In this document: piece after piece, positions 8,388-18,010 of the stretch
Numbering within the stretch: position 1 is the stretch's first letter
Layout of the letters: each line of letters opens with the position of its first letter
From: a virus
Taxonomy: Duplodnaviria > Heunggongvirae > Uroviricota > Caudoviricetes
Strand: one strand, 5' to 3'
Length of the DNA stretch: 64,000 bases
IMG/VR virus record: IMGVR_UViG_3300034283_001314
Program-made: the position numbers and the translations under genes
Notes under the pieces: model-generated
What the model was told of the DNA's origin: nothing
The model's input: only the letters and a program-made list of their open reading frames with translations
Database searches by the model: none

Positions 8388-10040
8388 ATGGCAAATTTTG
8401 ATTTAACAAAACTTATGGAAGGCAAGAACCCAACTTCAGTTATGCTTGAGCAAACTAGAGGTTTAAAAAACAAATGGGAAAAAACTGGTCTTTTAGAAGG
8501 AATAGGTGAAAAACCTCAACAACACGCTATGGCTGTATTGTTGGAAAACCAAGCTAAGCAATTGCTTGACGAGGCAACTCAAACTGGTACTTCAGCAGGT
8601 TCTGAAGAATGGTCTGGTGTAGCTTTACCATTAGTAAGAAGAATCTTCGGTGAAATCGCTGCAAAAGAATTCGTTTCTGTACAACCAATGAACTTACCTT
8701 CAGGTTTGATTTTCTACATGGATTTCAAATACGGTTCTGCACAAGCAGGTAACCCATCTTTCAATACTAAATCACTTTACGGTGGTACTGGTAACGGAAA
8801 ATTAGGTTCAACTGATGCTGCAGAAGGTGGTTTATACGGTGCTGGTAGATTCGGATATTCAGTTAACCAACAAGATGCAATCTTAGCTTCAGTAACTACT
8901 GCAAAAGTAACTTCTTTAGCTGATGTAAACTTTGATGGTGATTTATCTGCATCTGTTGCAGCTGGTACTATTTACAAATTGACTTTAACTTCTGCTTCAG
9001 TAGCTGCATTATCAGCTGATGTAAACGCAGTTAGAAGTTTCTATGTATCTGGTTCAACTACAAACGGTACAGTTTCAACATTCAGTAACTACTATCCTGC
9101 ATTGACTACATACTCTTCAAACGGTACTGTATCATTCATCGTAGCTGGTAACGCAATTTCTTCTGGTTCAACAGCATCTACAATTGGTGTAGTTTATTCT
9201 AAGCAACCAACTTCTATTTCTAGAGGTGATTTCGAAGATAGAGATCCAATCACAGGTGGTGATACTGCAGGTGGTACAGATTTAGCTATTCCTCAAATCG
9301 ATTTAGAATTGAAGAGTGAAGCAATCGTTGCTAAAACTCGTAAGTTAAAAGCTGTGTGGACTCCAGAGTTGGCACAAGACTTGAACGCTTACCATTCAAT
9401 TGATGCTGAAGCTGAATTAACTTCTATGTTATCTGAGTACATTTCTTTAGAAATCGACTTAGAAATCTTAGATATGTTAAAAGCTAACGCATTAACTACT
9501 GAATACTGGTCTTTAAAGGTTGGTAATGAGTGGAATGGTTCAAACTTTGAAATCGATTCTGATGTAGCTGCAGCTTCTGCATACACAAGAAACACTTGGT
9601 TCCAAACTTTAGGTACTAAGTTGAACAAAGTTTCAAACAAAATTCATCAATTAACTATGAGAGGTGGTGCTAACTTTATCGTTGCTTCTCCTGACGTATG
9701 TACTATTTTAGAATCAATCCCAGCGTTCACAGTATCAGCTGATAAAGATGCTAAATCATTCGCAGCAGGTGTAACTCAAGTTGGTTCAATCGCAAATAGA
9801 TACACAGTTTACAAGAACCCTTACATGACTGAGAACGTAATGTTGTTAGGTTACAAAGGTAACAACTTCTTAGAGACTGGTGCTGTTTACGCTCCATATG
9901 TACCATTGATTTTAACTCCTTTAGTATACGATCCAGATAACTTCACTCCAAGAAGAGGTGTTATGACTCGTTACGCTAAGAAGTTAGTAAGACCTGAATT
10001 CTTCGGTAAGATTGTAATCGGTGACTTAAACTTATTGTAA
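8388..10040 (+). CDS. gp23: Major capsid protein (T4 gp23-like)
   Basis: LPLVRR, VQPMNLPSGLIF, AKTRKLKAVWTPELAQDLNAYHSIDAEAEL, YAPYVPL, GVMTRY. Confidence 0.97.
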   Translation: MANFDLTKLMEGKNPTSVMLEQTRGLKNKWEKTGLLEGIGEKPQQHAMAVLLENQAKQLLDEATQTGTSAGSEEWSGVALPLVRRIFGEIAAKEFVSVQPMNLPSGLIFYMDFKYGSAQAGNPSFNTKSLYGGTGNGKLGSTDAAEGGLYGAGRFGYSVNQQDAILASVTTAKVTSLADVNFDGDLSASVAAGTIYKLTLTSASVAALSADVNAVRSFYVSGSTTNGTVSTFSNYYPALTTYSSNGTVSFIVAGNAISSGSTASTIGVVYSKQPTSISRGDFEDRDPITGGDTAGGTDLAIPQIDLELKSEAIVAKTRKLKAVWTPELAQDLNAYHSIDAEAELTSMLSEYISLEIDLEILDMLKANALTTEYWSLKVGNEWNGSNFEIDSDVAAASAYTRNTWFQTLGTKLNKVSNKIHQLTMRGGANFIVASPDVCTILESIPAFTVSADKDAKSFAAGVTQVGSIANRYTVYKNPYMTENVMLLGYKGNNFLETGAVYAPYVPLILTPLVYDPDNFTPRRGVMTRYAKKLVRPEFFGKIVIGDLNLL

Positions 10041-10067
10041 TCTCTGTAAGAGTGGAAAATAAATAAG

Positions 10068-10094
10068 AAAGGGGGTAGAAATACCTCCTTTTTT
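10068..10094 (+). terminator. Rho-independent terminator after the MCP
   Basis: AAAGGGGGTA-GAAA-TACCTCCTTT followed by T run. Confidence 0.85.
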
Positions 10095-10109
10095 ATGTCT
10101 AAAACTTTT

Positions 10110-10118
10110 ATATTTATA
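10110..10118 (+). promoter_or_regulatory. Putative late promoter motif
   Basis: ATATTTATA just after the terminator, 16 nt before the ATG. Confidence 0.55.
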
Positions 10119-10134
10119 TTAAATAGAATTTAAA

Positions 10135-11031
10135 ATGTCAAGAGTAAAAAGAGTATTTCCGGATTTACCATTTATAACCGCTTCTACAAATACAAAAATA
10201 ATAGTAACAGATGCAGATAATTACGCATTAGGATATACCCATATCAATACATTAATAGATACAATTGATAGTGGTGGATTAGCTACCGATGGTGCCAACA
10301 TATTTAATGGCAATCAAATAGTAATGGGTGGAGTATTTGCATCAGAATATTCCGAATTTTATAATGGATTAAGTGTAGATGGAAATCTTAATATTAATGG
10401 TGATATTTATGTTAACAATATAATTTCATCATCAATTTTATATCAAAGTGGTTCTACTAAATTTGGTGATTCATTGGATGATACACATACATTTACAGGT
10501 TCAGTTCAAATAACCGGTTCATTACATGTAAATACTCATCCCGTTGTATTAGGACAATTAAGTTGGGCAAGATACGATGATACGCAATATACAACATCAT
10601 CTTTTAGAAGTGTCACCGTTGCAGGTGGTGAAGTAACTATTCCAAATAATGGAGGATATTCGGTAACAACTCATTTACATTCCGATATTCAATTTTACAA
10701 TACGGGTTCACAAAGAATTTATCCGGAAAAAGAAGGTGATGTATATGTTATGACTGTTACATTTAAAGCAAAGACTGCTAATGCAAACGCGGGTTGGATG
10801 AGAATTCAATTAGATAGTACCGGATTGACCCCATATCGTAGAGTTGGTAAGGATTTATTTTTTGGAAAAGGAAATGATGAATGGCACGATTATCACGAAG
10901 TATTTCAATTTTATGCAGATACGGATTTTGTAGCAAATGGTAATCAATGGAAAATTAAAGCAAATGGTGCAACGGTTGATATTGCAAATGTCATTTACTT
11001 TATACAACGAACACAAAATCATCTTATATAA
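10135..11031 (+). CDS. Short fibre/decoration protein
   Basis: Shares SSS..SGSxKFG..DDxHxFTGS with fibre 25079; beta-sandwich-like C terminus. Confidence 0.6.
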   Translation: MSRVKRVFPDLPFITASTNTKIIVTDADNYALGYTHINTLIDTIDSGGLATDGANIFNGNQIVMGGVFASEYSEFYNGLSVDGNLNINGDIYVNNIISSSILYQSGSTKFGDSLDDTHTFTGSVQITGSLHVNTHPVVLGQLSWARYDDTQYTTSSFRSVTVAGGEVTIPNNGGYSVTTHLHSDIQFYNTGSQRIYPEKEGDVYVMTVTFKAKTANANAGWMRIQLDSTGLTPYRRVGKDLFFGKGNDEWHDYHEVFQFYADTDFVANGNQWKIKANGATVDIANVIYFIQRTQNHLI

Positions 11032-11034
11032 ATT

Positions 11035-11064
11035 AAAAAGAGTAGTTTTATCTACTCTTTTTTT
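11035..11064 (+). terminator. Rho-independent terminator
   Basis: AAAAAGAGTAG/CTACTCTTTTT stem followed by T run. Confidence 0.8.
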
Positions 11065-11091
11065 ATATTACATATTTATCTAAAAGTTACT

Positions 11092-12144
11092 ATGGATAAA
11101 ATATATATTATAACAGCTGGGGATTCATTTACGGATTCACATATGCCATACATTACAACGGATAGTAAACATACTTATTTAGGATTAAGTGATAAATTAA
11201 CTGATTATAAAGAATTGTGTCTTCCTGATTATTCATTAAAATATCAATATTTTTTAATAAATGAATTATGGGAAAGTGGTGTAAAATTTGCTTTTTATAA
11301 TGTAGCAAAAGGTTCTGCTGGTAATCATGTAATATTTCATAGATATAAACAAAAAGTTAACGAATTATTGAAAAAAGGGGTTAATCCAAAAAATATATAC
11401 GGAACATTACAATTGAGTGGCTTGGCAAGAGCTACTAATCCGGTATATGAAATTGAATTGAATGTATCAAACATAGAAGGTGCAGAATGGGATTATATAG
11501 ATAACTTAAATCCAACTGTAAATTTATATAAAGATGTATTAGAATCACACATTTCAAATTTAGAAAATATCATTCAATGGAACAAAGATAATGGTATTGA
11601 ACATTTTAATATGTTTTTTGGATGGGCAATTTTTTATGAAAATGAATTAATTGAGTATAATTTAAAAGAAAGATTTGAATTAATTGATAGAAATTATTTT
11701 ACTTATTTTCAATACAAAGAAAGAGTAGATGTAATAAAACATAATTGTGTTGGTGTAAAACAAATTCTTAAAACAATATTTGGAATTAAAGAAGAATACA
11801 TAATTCAAAGTGGAAAATATGGTGGAATGACAGAATTTGTAGCAGATAGAACACATGATAATCAAAAATATTACATGTCTCATTATGATTCCCATTTAAA
11901 TACATATGGTAATTACAAATGGTATGCTGAATATTTTAGAAACTTATATGTTCAATGGGGAATTTTAAATGAAGTTAATTCAATAGAACAAAATCAAAAA
12001 TTAAATAATATCTTACATAAAATATTTAATGTAAATACAGATTATTTTATAGATAGTTATAAATATAGACAAGAAGATAGTATTAGTAACGAATTAAAAG
12101 TAAGAATTAGGGATGAAAAATACAAAAAGTTTTTTATAACTTAA
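11092..12144 (+). CDS. SGNH/GDSL hydrolase-like protein
   Basis: AGDSFT (block I), NVAKGSAGN (block II), DSHLN (block V). Confidence 0.6.
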   Translation: MDKIYIITAGDSFTDSHMPYITTDSKHTYLGLSDKLTDYKELCLPDYSLKYQYFLINELWESGVKFAFYNVAKGSAGNHVIFHRYKQKVNELLKKGVNPKNIYGTLQLSGLARATNPVYEIELNVSNIEGAEWDYIDNLNPTVNLYKDVLESHISNLENIIQWNKDNGIEHFNMFFGWAIFYENELIEYNLKERFELIDRNYFTYFQYKERVDVIKHNCVGVKQILKTIFGIKEEYIIQSGKYGGMTEFVADRTHDNQKYYMSHYDSHLNTYGNYKWYAEYFRNLYVQWGILNEVNSIEQNQKLNNILHKIFNVNTDYFIDSYKYRQEDSISNELKVRIRDEKYKKFFIT

Positions 12145-12151
12145 CATATTG

Positions 12152-12160
12152 ATATTTATA
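12152..12160 (+). promoter_or_regulatory. Putative late promoter motif
   Basis: ATATTTATA upstream of the neck genes. Confidence 0.55.
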
Positions 12161-12173
12161 CAAAAGGATTATA

Positions 12174-13439
12174 ATGGCAGCAGATTTAGTAACATCAATT
12201 AATTGGCCGGGTAGTTCATCCTTTGAAACAGGATCAACACCATTTGGTTTATATGATAGTGAAAGTTTATTCAGACAACACGCCGATAAAGTAGGTGATT
12301 GGGTAGCTAAAAGATTAGGGTATCCTGTACAAAATGTAGAGTTATTACCTGATAATATTTATGCATGTTTTGAAGAATCTATTTCAGAGTATTCAGCACA
12401 AGTAAATGCATTTAATATTCGTAACAACCTATACAATATGTTAGGTCAGCAACAAAATGAAAATACTAATCATACAGGTAATTATGTTGAAGGTGCAAAT
12501 ACAAACCAAGTTATTACGATAGCTAACTCATATGGTATAGAAGCGAATGTAGGTGGAAATAGAGGTGCAACGGTTCATAAAGGTTCATTGAGATTGATTG
12601 GTGGAGTTCAAAGGTATGATTTGGGTGCATTGAGTCCAACATCACAAAGTTATATTGAAAGTAATGGTGGTGCAAAATTAGCAACCGTACCATCAGGTTC
12701 ATTAGAAAGTGGTTCACACTATGGTCAAGATATTATTATCACAAAAGTTTTCTACGAAGGAGTTCCGGCCATTAGCAGATTCTTTGACCCTTATGCAGTT
12801 TCGGCAAAAGGTACATTGAACTTATTAGATGAGTTTGGATTTAGTTCATTTTCTCCGGCGGCACAATTCGTATTAATGCCAGTTTATGAAGATTTATTAA
12901 GAATATCTGCAATTGAATTTAATGACCAGGTTCGTAGAAGTACATATAGTTTTAATATTAACAATAACATATTAGAAATATTCCCAATTCCTGGAACATC
13001 TACTTATAATCCAGATTTGGTTTGGTTTGAATATGTGTTATCGGATGAAAGAACAGCATCATCAATTGTAAATAAGAGTGGTGTAAATGGTTCTATTATT
13101 AGTGATTACGCTAATATAAAATATGATAGTATGACTTATACCTCTATCAATTCAGTTGGTAAACAATGGATATGGAAATATACATTAGCATTATCAAAAG
13201 AATTATTAGGTGGTATTAGAGAGAAATATGCAACTATTCCTATACCTGATGGTGAAGTATCATTAGATGGTGCATCGTTGAGAGCAGAAGCACAAAACGA
13301 TAAAGATAGATTATACGAACAATTAAGACAGGATTTAGAGGAATTAAGTAGACCTAAACAAATGGAGTATAAAGCACAAGAAGCTGAGCAAGTACAAAAG
13401 ATGTTGAAAAATATTCCGTTACCATTTTATATAGGATAA
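12174..13439 (+). CDS. gp13: Neck protein (T4 gp13-like)
   Basis: RLGYPVQNVEL; WIWKYTLALSKELLG..REKY..IPIP.GEVSLDG; C-terminal FYIG. Confidence 0.85.
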   Translation: MAADLVTSINWPGSSSFETGSTPFGLYDSESLFRQHADKVGDWVAKRLGYPVQNVELLPDNIYACFEESISEYSAQVNAFNIRNNLYNMLGQQQNENTNHTGNYVEGANTNQVITIANSYGIEANVGGNRGATVHKGSLRLIGGVQRYDLGALSPTSQSYIESNGGAKLATVPSGSLESGSHYGQDIIITKVFYEGVPAISRFFDPYAVSAKGTLNLLDEFGFSSFSPAAQFVLMPVYEDLLRISAIEFNDQVRRSTYSFNINNNILEIFPIPGTSTYNPDLVWFEYVLSDERTASSIVNKSGVNGSIISDYANIKYDSMTYTSINSVGKQWIWKYTLALSKELLGGIREKYATIPIPDGEVSLDGASLRAEAQNDKDRLYEQLRQDLEELSRPKQMEYKAQEAEQVQKMLKNIPLPFYIG

Positions 13440-13444
13440 GATAG

Positions 13445-13903
13445 ATGCCAAGATTTGTAGCACCGAGAGATTATAATTTTTTCCAAAATATCAGTAGAGA
13501 ATTGGTAGATGCAGTTGTGCAAACTCAAGTGTTTGTATTTAAACTTATAGCACAAAATAGTAAAGTTAATTTATATGGAGAATCATTAGATAAATCTTAT
13601 TATGATGGTGTTTCAATATTTGCTATGGTTGAATATAATGATGAAAATGTAGATTATGAAAGTGGTTTAGGACAAGATACAGTTCAAGAAGTAACATTTA
13701 GATTTAACCAAGATACCTGTATTGTAAAAGATATAATGCCTGAAATTGGAGATGTTATACAATTCGTAGATGGCTATTATGAAATTACAAATACAAATGC
13801 ATCTCAATTAGTAGGTGGACAAGCATCAAATAATTTTGGTATAACTTGTAATACTTTCTTAATGAGAAAATCACAATTAAACATAGAACCTAGGAATATA
13901 TAA
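13445..13903 (+). CDS. gp14: Head closure/neck protein (gp14-like)
   Basis: NLYGE and PEIGDVI..YYEI motifs; follows gp13. Confidence 0.7.
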   Translation: MPRFVAPRDYNFFQNISRELVDAVVQTQVFVFKLIAQNSKVNLYGESLDKSYYDGVSIFAMVEYNDENVDYESGLGQDTVQEVTFRFNQDTCIVKDIMPEIGDVIQFVDGYYEITNTNASQLVGGQASNNFGITCNTFLMRKSQLNIEPRNI

Positions 13904-14982
13904 TGGCAGAAAATCCACTTAGAAAACCACTAAATAGAGCGGAGCAGTTACCAAGACAGGGTGAAACCTTACATAAAGGAATTAAACTTTATGATATTGA
14001 TACTGCTATATTTGAGTATATGAATGATGTGGTTGTTCCAAAACTTACATTAGATGGTAGTGAGATAAAAATTCCTATTATGTATGGTAATGCAGAAAGA
14101 TGGAAATCTGCACAAGTTGATGGTGTGTATAGAGATAAAAGAGGTAAATTACAATTACCTTTAATAATGTATAAAAGAACAACTTTAGAAAGAAACGATG
14201 CAATGGAAATGCCAAATCGTTTATTGAGTTACCCTACATACAGAACATATAGTGCAAAAAATAGGTATGATAAATTTTCTATTTTAAACAACTTTAAACC
14301 TAGAAAAGAATTGTATGATATAACAATGCCAGATTATGTAGATATTAGTTATGAAGTAATGGTATGGACGAACTATACTGAACATATGAATACGGTGGTA
14401 GAAGCATTCAAATGGGCCGGTGATGAATATTGGGGAGATAAAAATAAGTTTAAATTTAAAGTAATTATAGATTCGTTTGAACCAACTCAAGAATTAACTG
14501 ATACAAATGAAAGATTGATTAGAACAACTTTTACAATGTTGGTTAAAGCATATTTACTTCCTGAAAGATTTGATAATGAGAGTACAATCAAAAAATCTAT
14601 TTCAACAAGAGCTGTTATTACAACTTTAGAAACGGATGTGAGTGGTGGTGCAAGTAGCACTATATCTACGAATGATTATAATGCAAATAGAATATTGTAT
14701 GATTATTTAGAAATTAATAATACAAAAGTAGAATCTAATCCAATTGGGTATGTGGTTACATTTAGTAATGTAAAAGTGATACAACCACCGGCGGAATTAG
14801 AATTATTAGTACAAGATACTATTAAAGTATATGTAAATGGTGTTAAATATTCTAAAAATTATTATGCACTAACATATACTGCAACCACAATAACGATAAC
14901 ATTTAATAATAATATGAATCCAACTACACCATTAGATAATGATGATGAAGTTCATATTGCAGGTAAATTTCAATTATTATAA
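13903..14982 (+). CDS. gp15: Tail terminator/sheath stabiliser (gp15-like) with extra C-terminal Ig-like domain
   Basis: IPIMYGNAERW, LPLIM, PDYVDISYE; C-terminal IKVYVNG extension. Confidence 0.75.
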   Translation: MAENPLRKPLNRAEQLPRQGETLHKGIKLYDIDTAIFEYMNDVVVPKLTLDGSEIKIPIMYGNAERWKSAQVDGVYRDKRGKLQLPLIMYKRTTLERNDAMEMPNRLLSYPTYRTYSAKNRYDKFSILNNFKPRKELYDITMPDYVDISYEVMVWTNYTEHMNTVVEAFKWAGDEYWGDKNKFKFKVIIDSFEPTQELTDTNERLIRTTFTMLVKAYLLPERFDNESTIKKSISTRAVITTLETDVSGGASSTISTNDYNANRILYDYLEINNTKVESNPIGYVVTFSNVKVIQPPAELELLVQDTIKVYVNGVKYSKNYYALTYTATTITITFNNNMNPTTPLDNDDEVHIAGKFQLL

Positions 14983-15341
14983 TGGGAATATTACAACATA
15001 TATTACCATACGTTTCAGTAAGAAATGCAAAACTAGAATATGTAGAAACTACTGCAACGGATTATATTTATGAACTTAAGGGATATAAATTACCAAAAGA
15101 TATCATCGATAAAAATATGAAGAAAGTTGTGAAAGCAAGAACATCCAGTATTCAGTTAGATATAAACCAACAAAACATTGGTAGTTACGATTATAGTGTT
15201 AGTAATTATGGCAATTCAGTAAGATTTACATTACCTAGAGAAAATTTTCCAATTTTATATGCCGATGAAGCACGCACAATAATTGTTCCATATATTGATG
15301 AAAACGATGATTTACAAGTAACAGGAACTTTTAGTAAATAA
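14982..15341 (+). CDS. Hypothetical neck/collar-associated protein
   Basis: TAATG-coupled; C terminus IDENDDLQVTGTF resembles the gp15 end LDNDDEVHIAGKF. Confidence 0.55.
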   Translation: MGILQHILPYVSVRNAKLEYVETTATDYIYELKGYKLPKDIIDKNMKKVVKARTSSIQLDINQQNIGSYDYSVSNYGNSVRFTLPRENFPILYADEARTIIVPYIDENDDLQVTGTFSK

Positions 15342-15985
15342 TGAAACAAAGACCTAATATATCAGTTCTTAAAAACCAAAAACTAATAAATTACGTTAGA
15401 GAAAAAGTACTGTCTGATATAAGTGGTAGCACACCTATTTCTGGAACATTAGAACAACGTAGTATTGAAAGACAAACTGATTTAACATTTCATACTAATT
15501 TAGTAAGATTTAATACTAAACCAGAAACACCAAAAATTACATCTAAAACAAAATCTAAACCAATTGTAAATGTTCAAAAAAGAGATATTGGTAAAGTAAA
15601 TGATTTTAGAATACAAATGATGAACTTCGCAAATAATGAATTAGGAATACATCCTAATTTATTAAAAGATGATATTCCTAATAATCAATATATTTTAACA
15701 ATAACATCTTATAAAATATTAAGTGGTATAGAAACACCAACTGCAAAAGATTTTGATATTTATTGTAACGGATTGAAAGTAGATGTAGATACATATAGTG
15801 TTAATTTAGGTGAAAATATCATAATTACTATTCAAAAAAGTGAAGCAGTAGATGATAATTTTGATGAAAATAATTTTGAAATAGTTTCAAAATTTGATCC
15901 AATATTATTGGGAGCAGGTGATGTAGATGGAGATGGTGAAGAAGATTGGTTAATAACAGAAAACGGAAAGGATATAATAAACTAA
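15341..15985 (+). CDS. Hypothetical neck/collar protein with C-terminal LITENG motif
   Basis: TAATG-coupled; FDIYCNG Ig-like segment; ends DWLITENGKDIIN. Confidence 0.55.
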   Translation: MKQRPNISVLKNQKLINYVREKVLSDISGSTPISGTLEQRSIERQTDLTFHTNLVRFNTKPETPKITSKTKSKPIVNVQKRDIGKVNDFRIQMMNFANNELGIHPNLLKDDIPNNQYILTITSYKILSGIETPTAKDFDIYCNGLKVDVDTYSVNLGENIIITIQKSEAVDDNFDENNFEIVSKFDPILLGAGDVDGDGEEDWLITENGKDIIN

Positions 15986-15986
15986 A

Positions 15987-17468
15987 ATGGCAAGAATTAA
16001 AATTTCAGAATTACCTGAGTTAGATATAGCAACATTAGATACAACGTATGTAGCAGGTGTATATGATAATACTACTTTTAAAATTCCTATCAATAGATTA
16101 ACTTCTTCATTAGATACAACATTTGCATCTGATTTAGTTGTTAACGCAGTAAGTGATACAATTAATACATTAGCTACAACAGCATCTTTTAATGCATTAT
16201 CAACTTCGGTAGATAGTAGATTAGATGGATTAGAAAGTTTTAGTAGTTCAGCAGATAATAGATATGTTTTGAGTGGTTCAATAACACAAACAACTTGGGA
16301 TAATATTGCAAATAAACCAAACAATATTGTAAGTTCATCAACGCAAATTTCAGATTTAGGATTTGTAACAGGTTCATACACTACTATAACTTCATTCAAT
16401 AGTTTAACACAATCTTTCAATTCAATATCACAATCATTTAGTGTTATTAGTGGTAGTGTTGGAACAATTGATTTTAGTACATTAGCAACAACGGCTTCAA
16501 ATACTTTTATAGGAAATCAAACAATTAGTGGTTCTACATATATTAGTGGTGGATTGGATATTAAAAATAATGGATATTCTTGGAGTTTTGATTCAAATGG
16601 TAAGACTAGAATACCAAACATTACCTTTAATTCAGACAGAGGAACTGGTATGGTTGGTATTAAACCTGTGGCGGGTAGAGAATTTCAAATTGAAACATCA
16701 ACTGAGGTTAGTAGTGCAGGTCCTTGGGTTTTTGGATTAGATGGTACTTTAAGTGCACCTAATGGAGCTAATATACTGAGAGTTGGTAATTTAGTAACAA
16801 CCGAATCTTTTAATTCATTTACACAAAGTTATTATAGTGCAAGTGCATCATTTGATAGTAGAATAGATGGTTTAGAAAACGCAACATCATCTTACTTAAC
16901 TTCATTAAACGGAGCAATAAGTTCTTCGGCACAAGTATTAAATGGTAGTGGGATTTATAGTAGTTCGACACAATTACCGGATGGATTAGTTAGTGGTTCA
17001 TCTCAATTAACATCCTCATTTGATACAAGATACGCATTAAGTAGTAGTATTTCCACAACACCAACTCTTTATTTACTTGAAGCATACGCAAATGTTACTT
17101 ATACCTTACCGGATTCATTTATTGAAGACCCTTGTAGATATAGTGTTGTGAATAATACGGTTAATGTATCAAGTAGTTGGTTTAATACTTCAACTTATAC
17201 ATTTACTCCGCAGAAGGCTGGTTATTGGGAAATTACTGCAGCCTATGATGTATATAGAAATAGTGAAGCGGCTATGGCAATTAAGAAAAATAATGGAATT
17301 GTTGTTACTGCTGGTGCTTTTGGTGCGGTGTCTCAACAGGTAACAAAAATTGTGTATCTAAATGGTTCAACTGATTTCATAAACGTTGTAAATGTTGGTG
17401 GAGCGGCTAATTCAAGATCGCAATACGAAGGAAGGTCTTGGTTTCAAGCAAGATGGGTAGGTGAATAA
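15987..17468 (+). CDS. Fibre protein with C1q-like C-terminal head
   Basis: N-terminal IKISELP; Ser-rich stalk; FNTSTYTFTPQKAGYW and VYLNGSTDFI are C1q/TNF-like motifs. Confidence 0.65.
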   Translation: MARIKISELPELDIATLDTTYVAGVYDNTTFKIPINRLTSSLDTTFASDLVVNAVSDTINTLATTASFNALSTSVDSRLDGLESFSSSADNRYVLSGSITQTTWDNIANKPNNIVSSSTQISDLGFVTGSYTTITSFNSLTQSFNSISQSFSVISGSVGTIDFSTLATTASNTFIGNQTISGSTYISGGLDIKNNGYSWSFDSNGKTRIPNITFNSDRGTGMVGIKPVAGREFQIETSTEVSSAGPWVFGLDGTLSAPNGANILRVGNLVTTESFNSFTQSYYSASASFDSRIDGLENATSSYLTSLNGAISSSAQVLNGSGIYSSSTQLPDGLVSGSSQLTSSFDTRYALSSSISTTPTLYLLEAYANVTYTLPDSFIEDPCRYSVVNNTVNVSSSWFNTSTYTFTPQKAGYWEITAAYDVYRNSEAAMAIKKNNGIVVTAGAFGAVSQQVTKIVYLNGSTDFINVVNVGGAANSRSQYEGRSWFQARWVGE

Positions 17469-17517
17469 ACAATAAAATGATTTCAATAGAAAGATTATAT
17501 TAAGATATTTATAAATA

Positions 17518-17970
17518 ATGGCAAGTTTAATAAGATTAAAACAAATAGAGAGTGGTTCATCGTTGGAATTAGCAGCGGGAGTTGGTGCTGATTTTTCACA
17601 ATCGGTAATTGATATAATACAAGATAATGTAGCAGGAACTTTACCAGAAGGTGTAGTATCATCATCTATACAGGTTAATCTAAATGATGCAAGTGGATAT
17701 GATGCATTTGTAGTTCAATTAGATACTTCAATGAGTAGTGATTTAGAAAGACATGTAGTAAGTGCATCATTAGCACAAACAATTGGAATACTTTCTCAAA
17801 CATATGTAACTACCGGTTCATTCAATTCATATACACAATCAGTATCTCAATCATTTAGTGCAAGTTCAACAACATTTAATCAATTTAGTTCTTCATTAAA
17901 CGATATATACGCAACAGATTACGAAGTTTATATTACTTCTTCTCAAATAATTGATCAAGGGGAATTTTAA
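17518..17970 (+). CDS. Short fibre adaptor (ends IDQGEF)
   Basis: 150 aa; shares ATDYEV..TSS..DxGE[FW] with ORF 20024. Confidence 0.6.
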   Translation: MASLIRLKQIESGSSLELAAGVGADFSQSVIDIIQDNVAGTLPEGVVSSSIQVNLNDASGYDAFVVQLDTSMSSDLERHVVSASLAQTIGILSQTYVTTGSFNSYTQSVSQSFSASSTTFNQFSSSLNDIYATDYEVYITSSQIIDQGEF

Positions 17971-18010
17971 TACTTATATATAATACCTTAATAATAACAT
18001 AGATACATAG

